From Candidatus Poribacteria bacterium (GTDB lineage: Bacteria; Poribacteria; WGA-4E; WGA-3G): a stretch of DNA of 64,000 nucleotides. Both the position numbers and the translations under genes were made by a program. The stretch spans positions 128,001 to 192,000 of the forward strand of contig CBDBFU010000012.1 in NCBI GenBank assembly GCA_965205025.1. Reading direction: 5' to 3'. The notes beneath the pieces are model-generated. The model did no database searches and was not told the DNA's origin. It saw only the letters and a program-made list of their open reading frames with translations. Below, one piece after another: positions 39,986 to 55,134 of this stretch (positions are counted from its first letter, which is position 1; each line of letters begins with the position of its first letter).

Positions 39986-41437
39986 ATGGAACTACATATC
40001 CCAGAACCACTCTTAACAACATTACATGAAATTGGGGATATTGCAGGTGAGAATGCTTATCTCGTGGGAGGGTCGGTACGTGATCTATTATTAAAAAGAG
40101 AAAACCTTGATATTGATATTGTTGTTGTAGGTGATGGAGTTCAATTAGCTACAGAGATGCATAGAGTTTGGAAAGGGAAAATACAGGTTCATCAACAATT
40201 CGGCACTGCATCTGTTACACCGGAAAACCCAGATAAACCTAAAGTTGATTTTGTCACAGCACGGTGCGAAACGTATAATAAATCTGGAACGTTACCTAAG
40301 GTAGTTCCTGGTTCAATTACAGATGATGTGCACAGGAGAGATTTTACCATCAACGCATTGGCAATGCAGATAGATACATCCAACTTTGGAACTATCATTG
40401 ACAAGGTTAGTGGTATTAATGATCTTAGAAGCAGGACAATACAAGTACTTCACGAAAAAAGTTATACTGATGATCCAACGCGTATTTTTCGAGCGTTTAG
40501 GTATGCAGGTAGATATAATTTTAACATTACAGAATCAGATCGTAATCTAATTAATGATGCTTTACCATATCTATCAGAAATCAGTGGTGAACGTATACGG
40601 AATGAAATAGATAGAGTTTTACTCGAACCTAACGCACCCCAAATACTAAATGAACTTGCCAAATCCGGTATTTTTAGTACAATATCACCACAATGGAAGA
40701 TCCCACCCTCTTTCCCAGAAGATTTTCAGATAGCACATAAGGCAATTTCTTGGTCATCACAATACATTAAAAAAGATAATATCTGTTCAAACATAATTCT
40801 TTGGATGACCTTATTTGGTATACAAGACAAAACAGGAATACCCACATATATTGTAGAATATCTATGTTTTAGATTGGTATTAGAACACAAACTTGGAAAA
40901 ATTAATGGAGATATAAGACACAAACCATCCACATTTTCAACTAAAGAACTCAATACAATAAATACATCGGAATTTGTGATTGATTTATCAGAAAATATAT
41001 CAAAGGAACATCACAATGGAAAATGGTGTATAATTGACAATGAAAAGAAGAAAACTTTAGTATATGAAGATGGAATTGCATATAAGATTATATCACCAAT
41101 TACTACGTTTCAGTGCTTGTATTCTGTATTAGATTCATTAGATGCAACCATCACATCAAGTGAAATATATCGAATATTAAAACCATATCCTCTTGAGGCA
41201 TTAGTTCTAAGTTTATCTGATCCTAATTTATCAAAAATTCAATACTATAATATAAAAGAGTATTTATTAACCTTGAGATTTGTTCAACCTTTAATTAATG
41301 GAAATGACTTAATACAGTGGGGAGAAAAACCAGGGAAAAACTTTGCTTCTATACTCAAAACCATATTCTCAGAACAATTGGATGGTAACATTAGATCAAA
41401 GTCAGAAGCATATACTTATTTTAAACAAAGCAGATAG
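39986..41437 (+). CDS. CCA-adding tRNA nucleotidyltransferase / poly(A) polymerase family
   Basis: YLVGGSVRDLLL, DIDI, RRDFTINA, DDPTRIFRA, SGERI. Confidence 0.9.
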   Translation: MELHIPEPLLTTLHEIGDIAGENAYLVGGSVRDLLLKRENLDIDIVVVGDGVQLATEMHRVWKGKIQVHQQFGTASVTPENPDKPKVDFVTARCETYNKSGTLPKVVPGSITDDVHRRDFTINALAMQIDTSNFGTIIDKVSGINDLRSRTIQVLHEKSYTDDPTRIFRAFRYAGRYNFNITESDRNLINDALPYLSEISGERIRNEIDRVLLEPNAPQILNELAKSGIFSTISPQWKIPPSFPEDFQIAHKAISWSSQYIKKDNICSNIILWMTLFGIQDKTGIPTYIVEYLCFRLVLEHKLGKINGDIRHKPSTFSTKELNTINTSEFVIDLSENISKEHHNGKWCIIDNEKKKTLVYEDGIAYKIISPITTFQCLYSVLDSLDATITSSEIYRILKPYPLEALVLSLSDPNLSKIQYYNIKEYLLTLRFVQPLINGNDLIQWGEKPGKNFASILKTIFSEQLDGNIRSKSEAYTYFKQSR

Positions 41438-41496
41438 AAGATAAACTATCTTTTATTACAAAAAACAATTTGGAATTGAATATACTATAATAATCT

Positions 41497-42179
41497 ATGC
41501 TATCAACAGCACAAATATACCAAGCGATCCTTATCGTCACACAATTCATCATACTCCTAACTTTCCATGAATGGGGACATGCGAAATCAGCATATATGTT
41601 GGGGGATTCAACCGCACGCGACAAGGACGGATGTCCCTTAATCCGGCAGTACATATAGATCCGATTGGCACACTGTTCCTACCACTAATTGGGTCATTAT
41701 TTGGTGGGTTCTTTTTTGGTTGGGCAAAACCTGTACCTGTTAATCCATATAATCTCAAAAATCCCAGATTCGATATCATGTTAATTGCTGCTGCAGGACC
41801 ATTGATGAATATTCTATTAACAATTGTATCTTCATCGTAATCAGAGTATTGGAATTAACCATTAACTTCACACCTTATTCATCAACAACACACAATGCTA
41901 TTTACCAATTCATGAAGACTTCTGCTTTGATAAGTGTGTTCCTTGCTGCCTTTAATATGCTACCGCTTTTTCCATTAGATGGATTTAGCGTTGTTAACGG
42001 TTTATTACCAGAACGCGCATCGCGGCAATTTTTCAAAACTTGCTCCTTATGGTATGCCAATTTTAATGCTTTTGTTGTTTGTTCCATATATTATACGTGT
42101 CTACAACCCTCTTCAAATCATTGCTGTAATCAGCTACGCCATCTATGACGGTCTTGGAAAAATTATCGGTGTTTTATAA
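41497..42179 (+). pseudogene. Site-2 (M50) zinc metalloprotease, frameshifted (likely assembly error)
   Basis: MLST...FHEWGH, AAAGPLMN and FNMLPLFPLDG fall in different frames. Confidence 0.8.
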
Positions 42180-42210
42180 AATAATTCCAAAATACGAATA
42201 ATCTACAAGA

Positions 42211-44978
<2,768 letters not shown>

Positions 44979-45176
44979 CTTGTCAATAAAATCGGGATTT
45001 CATACCATTCACTCCAGATACTTCATTCTCATCAATTCAATCATAGTCTAACTTAACTGTGTTAGTTTCTTGTTGTTATAGTAGAATTCCTTCGTCATAA
45101 CATAACTTAAATAGTTGCAATATTAGGTTGAATTATGTTATAATTTGGCAAAGAGAATTCATTTAGGAGATAATGC

Positions 45177-46349
45177 ATGTCAGATCAGTATCTGCCCAAA
45201 CCTGAACATAAATTTACTTTCGGGTTATGGACAGTTGGAAACCCCGGCAGAGATCCTTTCGGAGATATAGTCAGACCCACCTTAAAAACCTACCTACAGC
45301 GTTCAAAAGTTAAGTGAATTAGGGGCATACGGCGTTAACTTACACGATAACGACCTTGTTCCATTTGACGCCACTCCTACAGAACGCGACAAGATTGTTA
45401 ATGAATTCAAAAAGGCACTGAGTGACCATGGAATGAAAGTTCCAATTGGCTACTACCAACTTATTTTACCATCCTATTTTCAAAGATGGTGCCTTCACTT
45501 CTAACAATCCTAAGGTAAGAGCATTTGCAATACAGAAAAACGTTAAATGCGATAGATCTTGGGGTTGAACTCGGAGCAACAGTCTATGTGTTTTGGGGTG
45601 GTCGAGAAGGTGCTGAAGTTGATGCTGCTAAAGATGGTCCCGATACTGTTAAATGGAACCGTGAGGCGATGAACTATTTTACCCATTATGTGAAAGACCA
45701 AGGGTATGATCTGAAGTTCGCATTAGAAGCAAAACCTAACGAACCTCGTGGGGATATATATTTACCTACAACTGGTCATATGCTTCATTTCATTGAAACT
45801 CTTGATCATCCAGAAATGGTAGGTGTTAACCCCGAATTTGCACATGAAACAATGGCAGGTTTGAGTTTTTTACATGGGGTGGCACAAGCCTATGAATCAG
45901 GGAAACTCTTCCACATTGACCTAAATGATCAGAAAATGAGTCGTTTCGACCAAGATCTTCGGTTCGGTTCAGAAAATATAAAAGCTGCATTCTTTCTCGT
46001 AAAATTCCTTGAGGATGTCAACTGGGATGGAAATAGACATTTCGATGCACATGCCTACCGTACAGAAGATGAACAGGGGGTATGGGACTTCGCTGCGGGT
46101 TGTATGCGGAGTTATCTGATTTTAAAAGAAAAAGCACAACGTTTTAATGAAGACACTGAAATCCAAGGGATAATCTCTGATCTACGTTCACGTGATCCTG
46201 AATTGGAATCTCTTATGGCAAACTATAGTGCTGAGAATGCTGCCAAACTCAGAAACATTGACTTCCAACCAGATAGCATTGCTCAAATAGGTCTTGGCTA
46301 CGAAAAGTTAGATCAACTTACCTTTGAGGTATTAACTGGGGTCAGGTAA
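45177..46349 (+). pseudogene. xylA: Xylose isomerase, frameshifted (likely assembly error)
   Basis: [51 protein letters not shown]. Confidence 0.9.
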
Positions 46350-46397
46350 CTCTGTAATAGGTATCCACTATACGAAACTATAGTTGGAGTATCGCCT

Positions 46398-48305
46398 ATG
46401 AGTACACTTTTTATTGCTGTATTAAGTTTTTTCGGCTTTATTGTCGCCTATCATACCTATGGAAAGTGGCTTGCCAGAAAAATATTCGGTTTAGATCCTC
46501 AAGCAAAAGTTCCCAGCCAAGAATTAAAGGATGATGTAGATTATGTTCCTACAAAAAAGGAAATCATTTTCGGACATCATTTCACCAGTATTGCGGGAAC
46601 AGGTCCAATAGTTGGTCCGGCAATTGCTGTCTTTTGGGGATGGTTACCCGCACTCCTTTGGGTTGTAATTGGATCGGTATTTATTGGTGCTGTTCATGAT
46701 TTTGGTGCGCTCGTTGTTTCCCTCCGCAATCGAGGACAAAGTGTCGGTGAAGTAGCCGGCAGAATGATCGGTCCTCGTGCCAAGTTTCTATTTCCTCATC
46801 GTACTATTTATGGGTTTGACCATTGTTCTCGCTATCTTCGGGTTGGTCATTGCCCTCATTTTTTCATATTACCCTGAATCTGTTCTTTCTGTCTGGGTTG
46901 AGATTCCACTCGCTGTCATCATAGGGGTTTGGATCTATCGTAGGGGTGGGAAACATCCTTATTCCATCTATCATTGCTCTCGGTATAATGTATATTGCAA
47001 TGGCAGTTGGAGCATACATTCTTCCAGTTGACCTTGGTAATTGGTTCGGTATACCTCTACTCAGTCAATCTTACGTAAATGTTGTGGTGATATGGACTTT
47101 AGTACTATTTGTATATTGCTTTATTGCATCAGTATTACCTGTTTGGACACTCCTACAACCCCGAGATTTCATTAACAGTCATGAATTAGTCTTAGCATTA
47201 GTACTACTTGTACTCGGATTAGCAGTTGCAGGTTTGACAGGTAAAGCAGATTTATTCTCATCCGCACCTGCTGTAGCTTCAGACATACCTCCAGACGCCC
47301 CACCAATTTGGCCATTCCTTTTCATAACAATTGCCTGTGGTGCAGTCAGTGGATTCCACTGTATGGTTAGTTCCGGCACTTCAAGTAAACAGATTGCCTC
47401 CGAAGGAGATGCACAGTACGTGGGATACGGTGCAATGCTACTTGAGGGTGGTCTTGCAGTCGTGGTTATAATTGCTTGTTGTGCGGGTATCGGTATGGGA
47501 GTATTTAACCGTACTCCGGATCCAAATAGTGCTGCAGGATATACATTCCAACCCATCCTTAAGGAAGGGAGTACACAAGCCGTTATCCAACAAGATGCTT
47601 GGAGAACGCGGTACGCTACTACTTCTACTATTACAAAACAGGACGGAACAACAGAAGTTGTTGGTGGATGGGAAAGCCATAAACTTAGAGAGAAGGTGAG
47701 TGCATTTGTTGATGGGGGTGGGGAATTTTCTGGCATCTCTTGGGATACCTCTAAAAATGGGTATCGCAATTATGGCAGTACTTGTAGCGAGTTTCGCTGC
47801 AACAACACTTGATACCGCAACACGATTGCAACGGTATGTTATTCACGAACTGGCTCAAACTGCAAACATAAAACCATTGACAAACCGTTATATTGCCACT
47901 GGATTCGCATTACTTTTTGCTGCTGCTGTGGCATTACTTCAAGGACCGAGTGGTCCCGGGAGTGGTGGATTGACACTTTGGCCGTTATTCGGGGCAACGA
48001 ATCAGTTATTGGCAGGATTAGCATTTATGGTTATTGTCTTTTATCTGATTCGACGGAATAAACCCTTATGGTTTGCCTTCCTACCGATGGTAGTAATGCT
48101 CCTTATGCCTGCTTGGGCAATGTTATACCAAATGTTTGTCCCAGAGACCGGATGGTTAGCAAAAGGAAATTATATATTATTTGGGTTCGGTATTATAGTG
48201 GAATCATTACAAGTGTGGATGGTTATTGAGGGTATCCTCGCATGGCGTAATGCAAGAGGAAATTACCCTGAATTACCTCAGTTACAAGCGGTAATTTCAA
48301 AGTAG
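46398..48305 (+). pseudogene. cstA: Carbon starvation protein A family transporter, frameshifted
   Basis: GHHFTSIAGTGPIVGP, LLQPRD, FITIACGAVSGFH, TTLDTATR, LWPLFGATNQL across four frames. Confidence 0.88.
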
Positions 48306-48439
48306 TATATAGAATCTCAGTTCCACTGCATAAAGTCGATATCCTTCCTATTCTTCTTCAATCCAACATACGTTATAGAGCACCCCTATATTCTTCATTT
48401 GAACCACACAGTTATATTCCTATATTACTGGTAGCTGTG

Positions 48440-49715
48440 TCATTCGGTGTGTAAAGCTTCAATAGGAGATAATAATGAGGCTTTTATTGCAGGGTACAAT
48501 CCAAAGACGACACCTATTGTAGATGAGAATAGAATGGATATTAATATCCATTCTATTGAAATAGTTGCTGGCCAGTAGGGAACAATCTTGACAATCCTAA
48601 CCGCAAGGTATGCTGCACCTTTACTAAATAGTAAACTCAAGAAAATTCCAAGAATTCCACCACTCATACACATCATAACTGCTTCTATTAGAAACTGCAT
48701 GAGTATATCTGTATGTTTGGCACCAACAGCCTTCCTTAATCCAATCTCACGAGTTCGTTCCGTAACAGAAACTAACATTATATTCATTATACCAATACCA
48801 CCAACAAGTAGGGAAAAACCGGCAATACTACCCAATGTAATTTTTAAAACTGTGCTAATCTTATCAAGTTGCCTCATCCCTGATTTCATATCCCAAAATT
48901 ACAAAAAAGTCATCTTTGTTCCGATGTCGTTTTCTAATTGATGTTTTTACCTCCTCCATTGCGGATGGTATATCTGAAACATCTTTTGTCTGTATGGACA
49001 ACATCTGAATCTTATCTGTCCCCGTGAATCTCATCTGAGTCGTTGTTATTGGGATGAAGATCTGTGCATCTAAACTAAATCCAAATCTAAGATATCTTTT
49101 ACGAGGCACCATTGATCCAATAACTGTTAGCCGTTCCTTCTTACGGTTATTACCTGCCCCTCTGGCAATCTTTATCTCCCTACCAATAGGAGATGTGCTG
49201 CCAAATAGATCCGAGGCAATCTCTGCACCAAGCACACAAACTCTCGCTGCATTTTCAATATCCTCCTCCGATAAAAACCGTCCTTCTTGAATATCCCAGT
49301 CCATTGCTTCTGAGTAAGTAGAATTCACACCATTATAACTTGTACGTACTTCTGCACCCCCAGAAACCTGTACAAGCACATTACCCCAGGCAGGAATCCG
49401 TGGAACTGTTAGTGTCACTGAAGGACATTCCGCCTCAATTGCCAATACATCCTCATACTTGAAATACTCATTGGTACGGTTTGTAACCCAAACATCACCT
49501 ACTTTCTTGATGTTAATACAATACATGGTGAATTGGTTTACACCCCCTTGTTTACGCGCTTCTTCAAGTACTATAGTCTTTGCTCCATTCCCAATCGCGA
49601 CCATAGCTAACACAGATGCCACACCAATGATAATACCCATTATTGTTAATAAGGAACGTAATTTGTTTGCAATGATTAATGAGAATGCAATAGAGATACA
49701 ATTAATAATCCGCAT
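48440..49715 (-). pseudogene. MacB/FtsX-like ABC transporter permease, one frameshift near 48890
   Basis: NKLRSLLT.GIIIGV; LLVGGIGIMNIMLVSVTERTREIGLRKAVGA. Confidence 0.88.
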
Positions 49716-49749
49716 GCTGAATTGTCATTATAGATTAAGATAACAGAAA

Positions 49750-52518
49750 TTATGATTCAGTGCGTTTGATGCGAAGCACGCCACTCCTTGCTGTTCCAAC
49801 GGAAAAAGCATCCCCCTCAACAACCAAGCAGGTTATAGTATCTGGAATTTCAGGTACAATCTGTTCCCATATACCAATCTCCTTCTGAAAATGAAAAATC
49901 CCTTTCTCATTCGCACCATACACTGTATCCTCTGTTGTATCTAAAGACTCAATTATTAAATTGGTACCGTCTTTATTAGTGAGTGCATGCCAAACAATAC
50001 CATCATCTGAATTAAAAACCCCTTTATCAGTAGCAACATAAACGGTTGACCCATTAAAAACAATCTGTTTATAGTGTAAACCCGATTGTGGTAAATTGTC
50101 TGTAATGTTGTTCCAACTATCACCACCATCAAGTGATTGTAGAAGATGTCCATCCCGTTTACCGACATATACAGTCTTACCTGATGTGCCAAGTTTGAAA
50201 CCCTGTGCCATGTTTTCTCTTGAGAGTTGGCATGTTTCTTCTACTTTTGTATCAAACCATTCTTCATCACCAGGTTTCCATCTGAAGAGTTTGTAATTGA
50301 ATTCCATGTAGTACGTTTCACCAGAAACAGCAAAGCCACCGTATAATCCTTCAAGTATCAATTCGTATGAAAGTTGATGATCTCCCTGAATTTGCTCCAA
50401 CTTTTTTAAGAAGCACTCAGCACCATATTCTGGATTCTCTTCTATCACCTTTGATGTTAAGGGTTTATGGTCAGTTTCAGGAGTTGAAGTGAAGGTGAGT
50501 AGAATGCCTTGGCCCGACAATCGATGACTATTGAATGGAAATGTTGCTTGACCAAAAACGTACCACATCAACTTAGACGAACTTAGAGCAGGCATCTCTT
50601 CAATAGGCACTAAAGCATCTTTCTCAGGAATTAAACGATAATATATGGTCTCACAATTTCGTCTTATTCCTTTAGCATACAAAACACCATCAACTGCTGA
50701 AATTTGTACAATCTGTGGCGTATCATCTGCATATTTCAATAAGAAACGTTGGGGGATTTCAATAGTATACTTATCCAATTCAATCTCAACAGTAGTCCAT
50801 GAACTACCACCATCTATTGATTTAACAACACTTCCCGCAACTATGGCATATAGTGAATCTGGAATTTGTGAATCTGCGTTGGGTTTAAAACTGACTAAGT
50901 TATCGACTCTACATTCAATTCTTGAATTGAATCTGTGCCAAGTTTTTCCTCCATCTAATGAACGGTGAATACCTGTTATACCACCTGTATAGAACGTGTT
51001 TTCATCTATTGCTACAGCAGAATTCACACTAAACTTCTTAGGTGTTATACCTGAAGATTTAACAGAATTCCAAGTGTTGCCATAGTCGACTGAACGAGCC
51101 ACCATACCTTCATCCCCGCAAACCAACAAGAGTGTTTTTCCATAGGTAAGCAGTTTTATATTAGGTAATGATCTCATAAAATTCGTAGTATCAGACGGTG
51201 TTATATCTTCCCATGAATCACCATTATCTGATGACCGCAAGACCCACCAAGAATCTTTAGTAAAATCATGATATTCTTCACTGTTGCTCCCCATTATTCC
51301 ATCTGTACCAAAAATATCTACTGAAACTGCAACATAGATATGGTTATCGGACACCTCCAAAGAACATACATGAACAGGAACATCTATGGGTAACAAGATC
51401 TGTTCCCATGTTCCTTCTATACAACGATAGATGTTAGAATAGGATGTTGCAAACAGAGTATCTTGACATATTCGGAACAATCTGATTTCAGAATTATCTG
51501 TCAAGTGTTTTTCTAAGCCTTTATTGAGATTTACCCACGAAGACCCACTGTCAACAGATTGAAAAACACCTTGATTGAGTGAAAGATAAAATGTATTCTC
51601 AGCGATTAACAACTCTCTTGCCAATCCATCTGGACAAGGACCGACAGAATCCCAAGTCTTACCTTGATCGGTAGATGCGAATAATTCATCAGATGGAATA
51701 ATATATAGAGTTCCGTTGTGTTCGGCAATAGGTATATCCCCGTGTGTCTCTTGTAGTAAATCTGTGTTAACAAGCTGCCACTCATTTTCAGTTGATGGTA
51801 ATTTATAAATATCCTTATACCCCATAACAGCATAAAGTGTTCTATCTGATGTGATAGCTAACGTACCTACTGAAGCTGCTACTCCCGGTTCATTCATCTG
51901 TATCCACTGCATAATATTCTCCGTAAGATTGTCGGGATGTTCAAAACCACCCAATGTTTTCCGTACCATCTCTTCCTCCTTTTTTAATCGCTTTCTCGCA
52001 CGGTGTAGTCTACTTTTGATCGTATTCAACGGCACCTCTAAAAAATCACTAATATCTTCACAACGCATTTCACCAAGATAGTGAAGCGTTATCACAGTCT
52101 GTTCATTTGCAGGTAATTTGTTAAGAAGGTGTTTCACAACCTTATGCCGTTTTTCTGTTGCCTTAACTTCCCTCTGTTCATCAAGATACCGTTTATAGTA
52201 CAATCTTTCTATTTCCCCTTCAGGTATAGTTTCAATAGATGTAATCGGAGGGTGTGTTTTTCTATAATAGGCATAACAACAATTCTCAACAATGGTTTGT
52301 AACCATGCAGCAAATCGGTTCGGTTCTCTAAGTGTATCAAGTTTTTTATATGCCTGAAGAAAAGTATCCTGTGTTATTTCCTCTGCGAGATGGAAATCCC
52401 CCATCATCCGCCAGGCAAAGGCATGAATCTGCTTTTGGTATCTTCTCACTAAATTCGTAAATGCCTCTTGGTTACCACTTAGAATTTCTTGAATGAGTTT
52501 AGCATCGTTATTTTTCAT
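49750..52518 (-). CDS. ECF sigma factor fused to a BNR/Asp-box beta-propeller domain
   Basis: AEEITQDTFL, TIKSRLHRARKRL; repeated S.D.G.TW Asp-boxes. Confidence 0.88.
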   Translation of the reverse strand: MKNNDAKLIQEILSGNQEAFTNLVRRYQKQIHAFAWRMMGDFHLAEEITQDTFLQAYKKLDTLREPNRFAAWLQTIVENCCYAYYRKTHPPITSIETIPEGEIERLYYKRYLDEQREVKATEKRHKVVKHLLNKLPANEQTVITLHYLGEMRCEDISDFLEVPLNTIKSRLHRARKRLKKEEEMVRKTLGGFEHPDNLTENIMQWIQMNEPGVAASVGTLAITSDRTLYAVMGYKDIYKLPSTENEWQLVNTDLLQETHGDIPIAEHNGTLYIIPSDELFASTDQGKTWDSVGPCPDGLARELLIAENTFYLSLNQGVFQSVDSGSSWVNLNKGLEKHLTDNSEIRLFRICQDTLFATSYSNIYRCIEGTWEQILLPIDVPVHVCSLEVSDNHIYVAVSVDIFGTDGIMGSNSEEYHDFTKDSWWVLRSSDNGDSWEDITPSDTTNFMRSLPNIKLLTYGKTLLLVCGDEGMVARSVDYGNTWNSVKSSGITPKKFSVNSAVAIDENTFYTGGITGIHRSLDGGKTWHRFNSRIECRVDNLVSFKPNADSQIPDSLYAIVAGSVVKSIDGGSSWTTVEIELDKYTIEIPQRFLLKYADDTPQIVQISAVDGVLYAKGIRRNCETIYYRLIPEKDALVPIEEMPALSSSKLMWYVFGQATFPFNSHRLSGQGILLTFTSTPETDHKPLTSKVIEENPEYGAECFLKKLEQIQGDHQLSYELILEGLYGGFAVSGETYYMEFNYKLFRWKPGDEEWFDTKVEETCQLSRENMAQGFKLGTSGKTVYVGKRDGHLLQSLDGGDSWNNITDNLPQSGLHYKQIVFNGSTVYVATDKGVFNSDDGIVWHALTNKDGTNLIIESLDTTEDTVYGANEKGIFHFQKEIGIWEQIVPEIPDTITCLVVEGDAFSVGTARSGVLRIKRTES

Positions 52519-52851
52519 ATTTATCTCCTACACGGAATCCTCTTATGATATACAGATACATTTAAATATGAAATGGTTGCATAAAATGCAATTATTGAAA
52601 GGAGAATGGCTTTTTTAATAGGAAGGTAGATAATAGAAGATTATACTAATACCATTTTTGATGATTGAAGGCTCTTTTTATGTAGCATAAACTTCCAGTT
52701 TGTGCAGTATTTCAAAGCATGAATATCAACCATTCATGGGATAGACATTTATGGAAATGGTCTAATAAGGAAAGATTAAATGTTGATCAGATACAATCTT
52801 GGAATTACGTATTGGTATTATGTGTTTTTTATTCTGCTTCGAAAATTGATT

Positions 52852-53514
52852 CTATCCAAGATTGATATTGCTATTTAAGATTTCTTTTGCTCTTATATAA
52901 TCTTCAGGGGTATTGATATTAACAAATGAAAGACCTTCAGGGTCATAAGGCTGCCATTCTTTAGGTGAAAGGTTCAGACTATTGATCCGTTCTCTGAGTG
53001 CATGAACTCTATAATCGGATTCATCAAACATCTCTTCAATAAACGGCAAACATCGCTTAGAATAGACCGCACATAGTGTTTGGTAGGTTATACCTGTATC
53101 CTTTTTCTGATTTTTCTTCTCAGGGTTAGGAATTTTCGTAGTATAAGGGATTACAGCATCATATTCTCCTAAAACTGATATTAGGTATTTTAATAGATCC
53201 GAATTGAGGAACGGACTATCACAACCAACACATAGAACGGTATCATTGGAAGCATAAGTTAACCCTGTGTGTATGCCTCCTAAGGCACCTGTATTTGGCA
53301 CAATATCGCTAAACATTTTTAGTTTTAAATGTGCATATTCAGCAGGATTGTTTGTTATTAATAAAAGCTCATCTGCTATAGGTTGTAGACAACCAATTAT
53401 ATGACCTATAAGGGTATTGTTTCCGAGTTGAAGTAACGCCTTATTCTCCCCCATCCTTTTGCTTTTTCCGCCTGCTAGAATTACAGCTGTTACCATCTGG
53501 TTATTCTTGTTCAT
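52852..53514 (-). CDS. mobA: Molybdenum cofactor guanylyltransferase
   Basis: ILAGGKSKRMGENKALL, GALGGI, CD.PF, NINTPEDY. Confidence 0.92.
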   Translation of the reverse strand: MNKNNQMVTAVILAGGKSKRMGENKALLQLGNNTLIGHIIGCLQPIADELLLITNNPAEYAHLKLKMFSDIVPNTGALGGIHTGLTYASNDTVLCVGCDSPFLNSDLLKYLISVLGEYDAVIPYTTKIPNPEKKNQKKDTGITYQTLCAVYSKRCLPFIEEMFDESDYRVHALRERINSLNLSPKEWQPYDPEGLSFVNINTPEDYIRAKEILNSNINLG

Positions 53515-53582
53515 AGGAAAGGTTAAACAAACGTGAGTTTAATAAAACAGATATTAATGCTCGGTGCGGTTAGGAAACCGCA

Positions 53583-55039
53583 CTATAGGCGTCAATTTTA
53601 GAAAAAGGATGTCTGATTTTTCAATAATAATTATTGTTAAGTGAAAACATCTCCTATATAATGTATAAAAATATTACCTTTTACTTTATACAAGAGGTGT
53701 TTCCAATGAATACATTATCACAGGTTCCTGAAAAAATGCAACAGATTCTAACAACCATTGCTGATGAAGCAGCCCTTGAAACAGGATTTTGCAAAAGAAA
53801 TCGAAAACTTGCGGGGAGTCATTTTGCTCAGACACTTATTTATAGTTGGTTAGAAAATCCTGATGCCACCTATACTCAACTTACACATACTGCTGCTTCT
53901 CTCGGTACTCCAATCTCACGACAAGCGATTGAACAACGATTTACTGCTGAAGCTGCACAAACCCTCAAAGCAATCCTTGACGCGGCTGCGTCCGAAGTGA
54001 TTTCTGCGGATCCACAAGTTCTCCCACTCCTTGAACAGTTCAACGGTATCTATATACAAGATAGTTCTTGGATAACACTCCCTGATACGCTTCACGATAT
54101 TTGGGAAGGTGCCAGTAAAAAGGATTATCCGAACAAATCCGAACTGAAACTCCATCTACGCTTCGATGTTGCTACAGGGACATTCGAACACTTTCAACTC
54201 ACCAACGGCATCACCGCTGATAGCACTGTAGAAAAACAGATTGACCGGCTCCCCCAAGGGAGTTTACGCCTTGCGGATCTCGGTTATTTTTCGCTACAAA
54301 CCCTTCAAGAACTTACGGACGAAGGGGTCTTTTGGATTTCACGGTATAAAGTTAGGTGTTCGGTTTTTGACAATACAGGAAAGCCTCTTTGTTTACATAA
54401 ATGGCTCAAGTTTCAGACCGAAAACATTATCGAAACAGATATTTTCATAGGTTCAAAAAAGCGGATGAAAGTAAGATTAGTAGCTCAGAGACTCTCCGAA
54501 GAAGAAACCGAAAAACGACGACGAGATATCAACTATCGTGCTAAACGAAAGCATACACAAGCATCACAGGCACGACTCCAACTCGCAGGTTGGAATATCT
54601 ACATTACAAATATTGGAACGGATCAACTCACCGCTGAACAGATATGTGTCATTGCGCGGATTCGATGGCAGATCGAGTTGATATTTAAGTGCTTTAAAAG
54701 CCTTGGAAAAGTAGACACATCACGAAGTAAAAAACCGTATCGTATTCTATGTGAAATATATGCTAAACTGATCGCTGCAATCATTCGGCATTGGGTGATG
54801 TTGGTCATAGGATGGCGATGTTTACGGCATAGTTTATCGAAAACAGTAGAGCTTATTACGTCCTACACACGCACAATCACAATAAGCTTTCGCAAGTCAA
54901 AGAGACATCTTAGAGAGACATTTGATGAGATAAAACAAGTATTCGAAAACGGGTGCTACATTGAAAGAAGAGCTAATAGAAAAACAACATTGGAATATCT
55001 TGAAAATGCTACAAAAAACCGCTAAATTGACGCCTATGG
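53583..55039 (+). mobile_element. IS4-family insertion sequence flanked by REP-like hairpins
   Basis: IR CTATAGGCGTCAATTT / AAATTGACGCCTATGG; GGTGCGGTTAGGAAACCGCAC on both sides. Confidence 0.85.
53706..55025 (+). CDS. IS4-family DDE transposase
   Basis: IQDSS, LADLGYF, RIRWQIELIFKCFKS; GAGGT RBS. Confidence 0.92.
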   Translation: MNTLSQVPEKMQQILTTIADEAALETGFCKRNRKLAGSHFAQTLIYSWLENPDATYTQLTHTAASLGTPISRQAIEQRFTAEAAQTLKAILDAAASEVISADPQVLPLLEQFNGIYIQDSSWITLPDTLHDIWEGASKKDYPNKSELKLHLRFDVATGTFEHFQLTNGITADSTVEKQIDRLPQGSLRLADLGYFSLQTLQELTDEGVFWISRYKVRCSVFDNTGKPLCLHKWLKFQTENIIETDIFIGSKKRMKVRLVAQRLSEEETEKRRRDINYRAKRKHTQASQARLQLAGWNIYITNIGTDQLTAEQICVIARIRWQIELIFKCFKSLGKVDTSRSKKPYRILCEIYAKLIAAIIRHWVMLVIGWRCLRHSLSKTVELITSYTRTITISFRKSKRHLRETFDEIKQVFENGCYIERRANRKTTLEYLENATKNR

Positions 55040-55134
55040 TGCGGTTAGGAAACCGCACCTACCGGGTCTATAGGAGTGATAATTTTGGATAAATGAAGAT
55101 TATTGCCTATTATCAAACTCACCTTAAACAGAGA

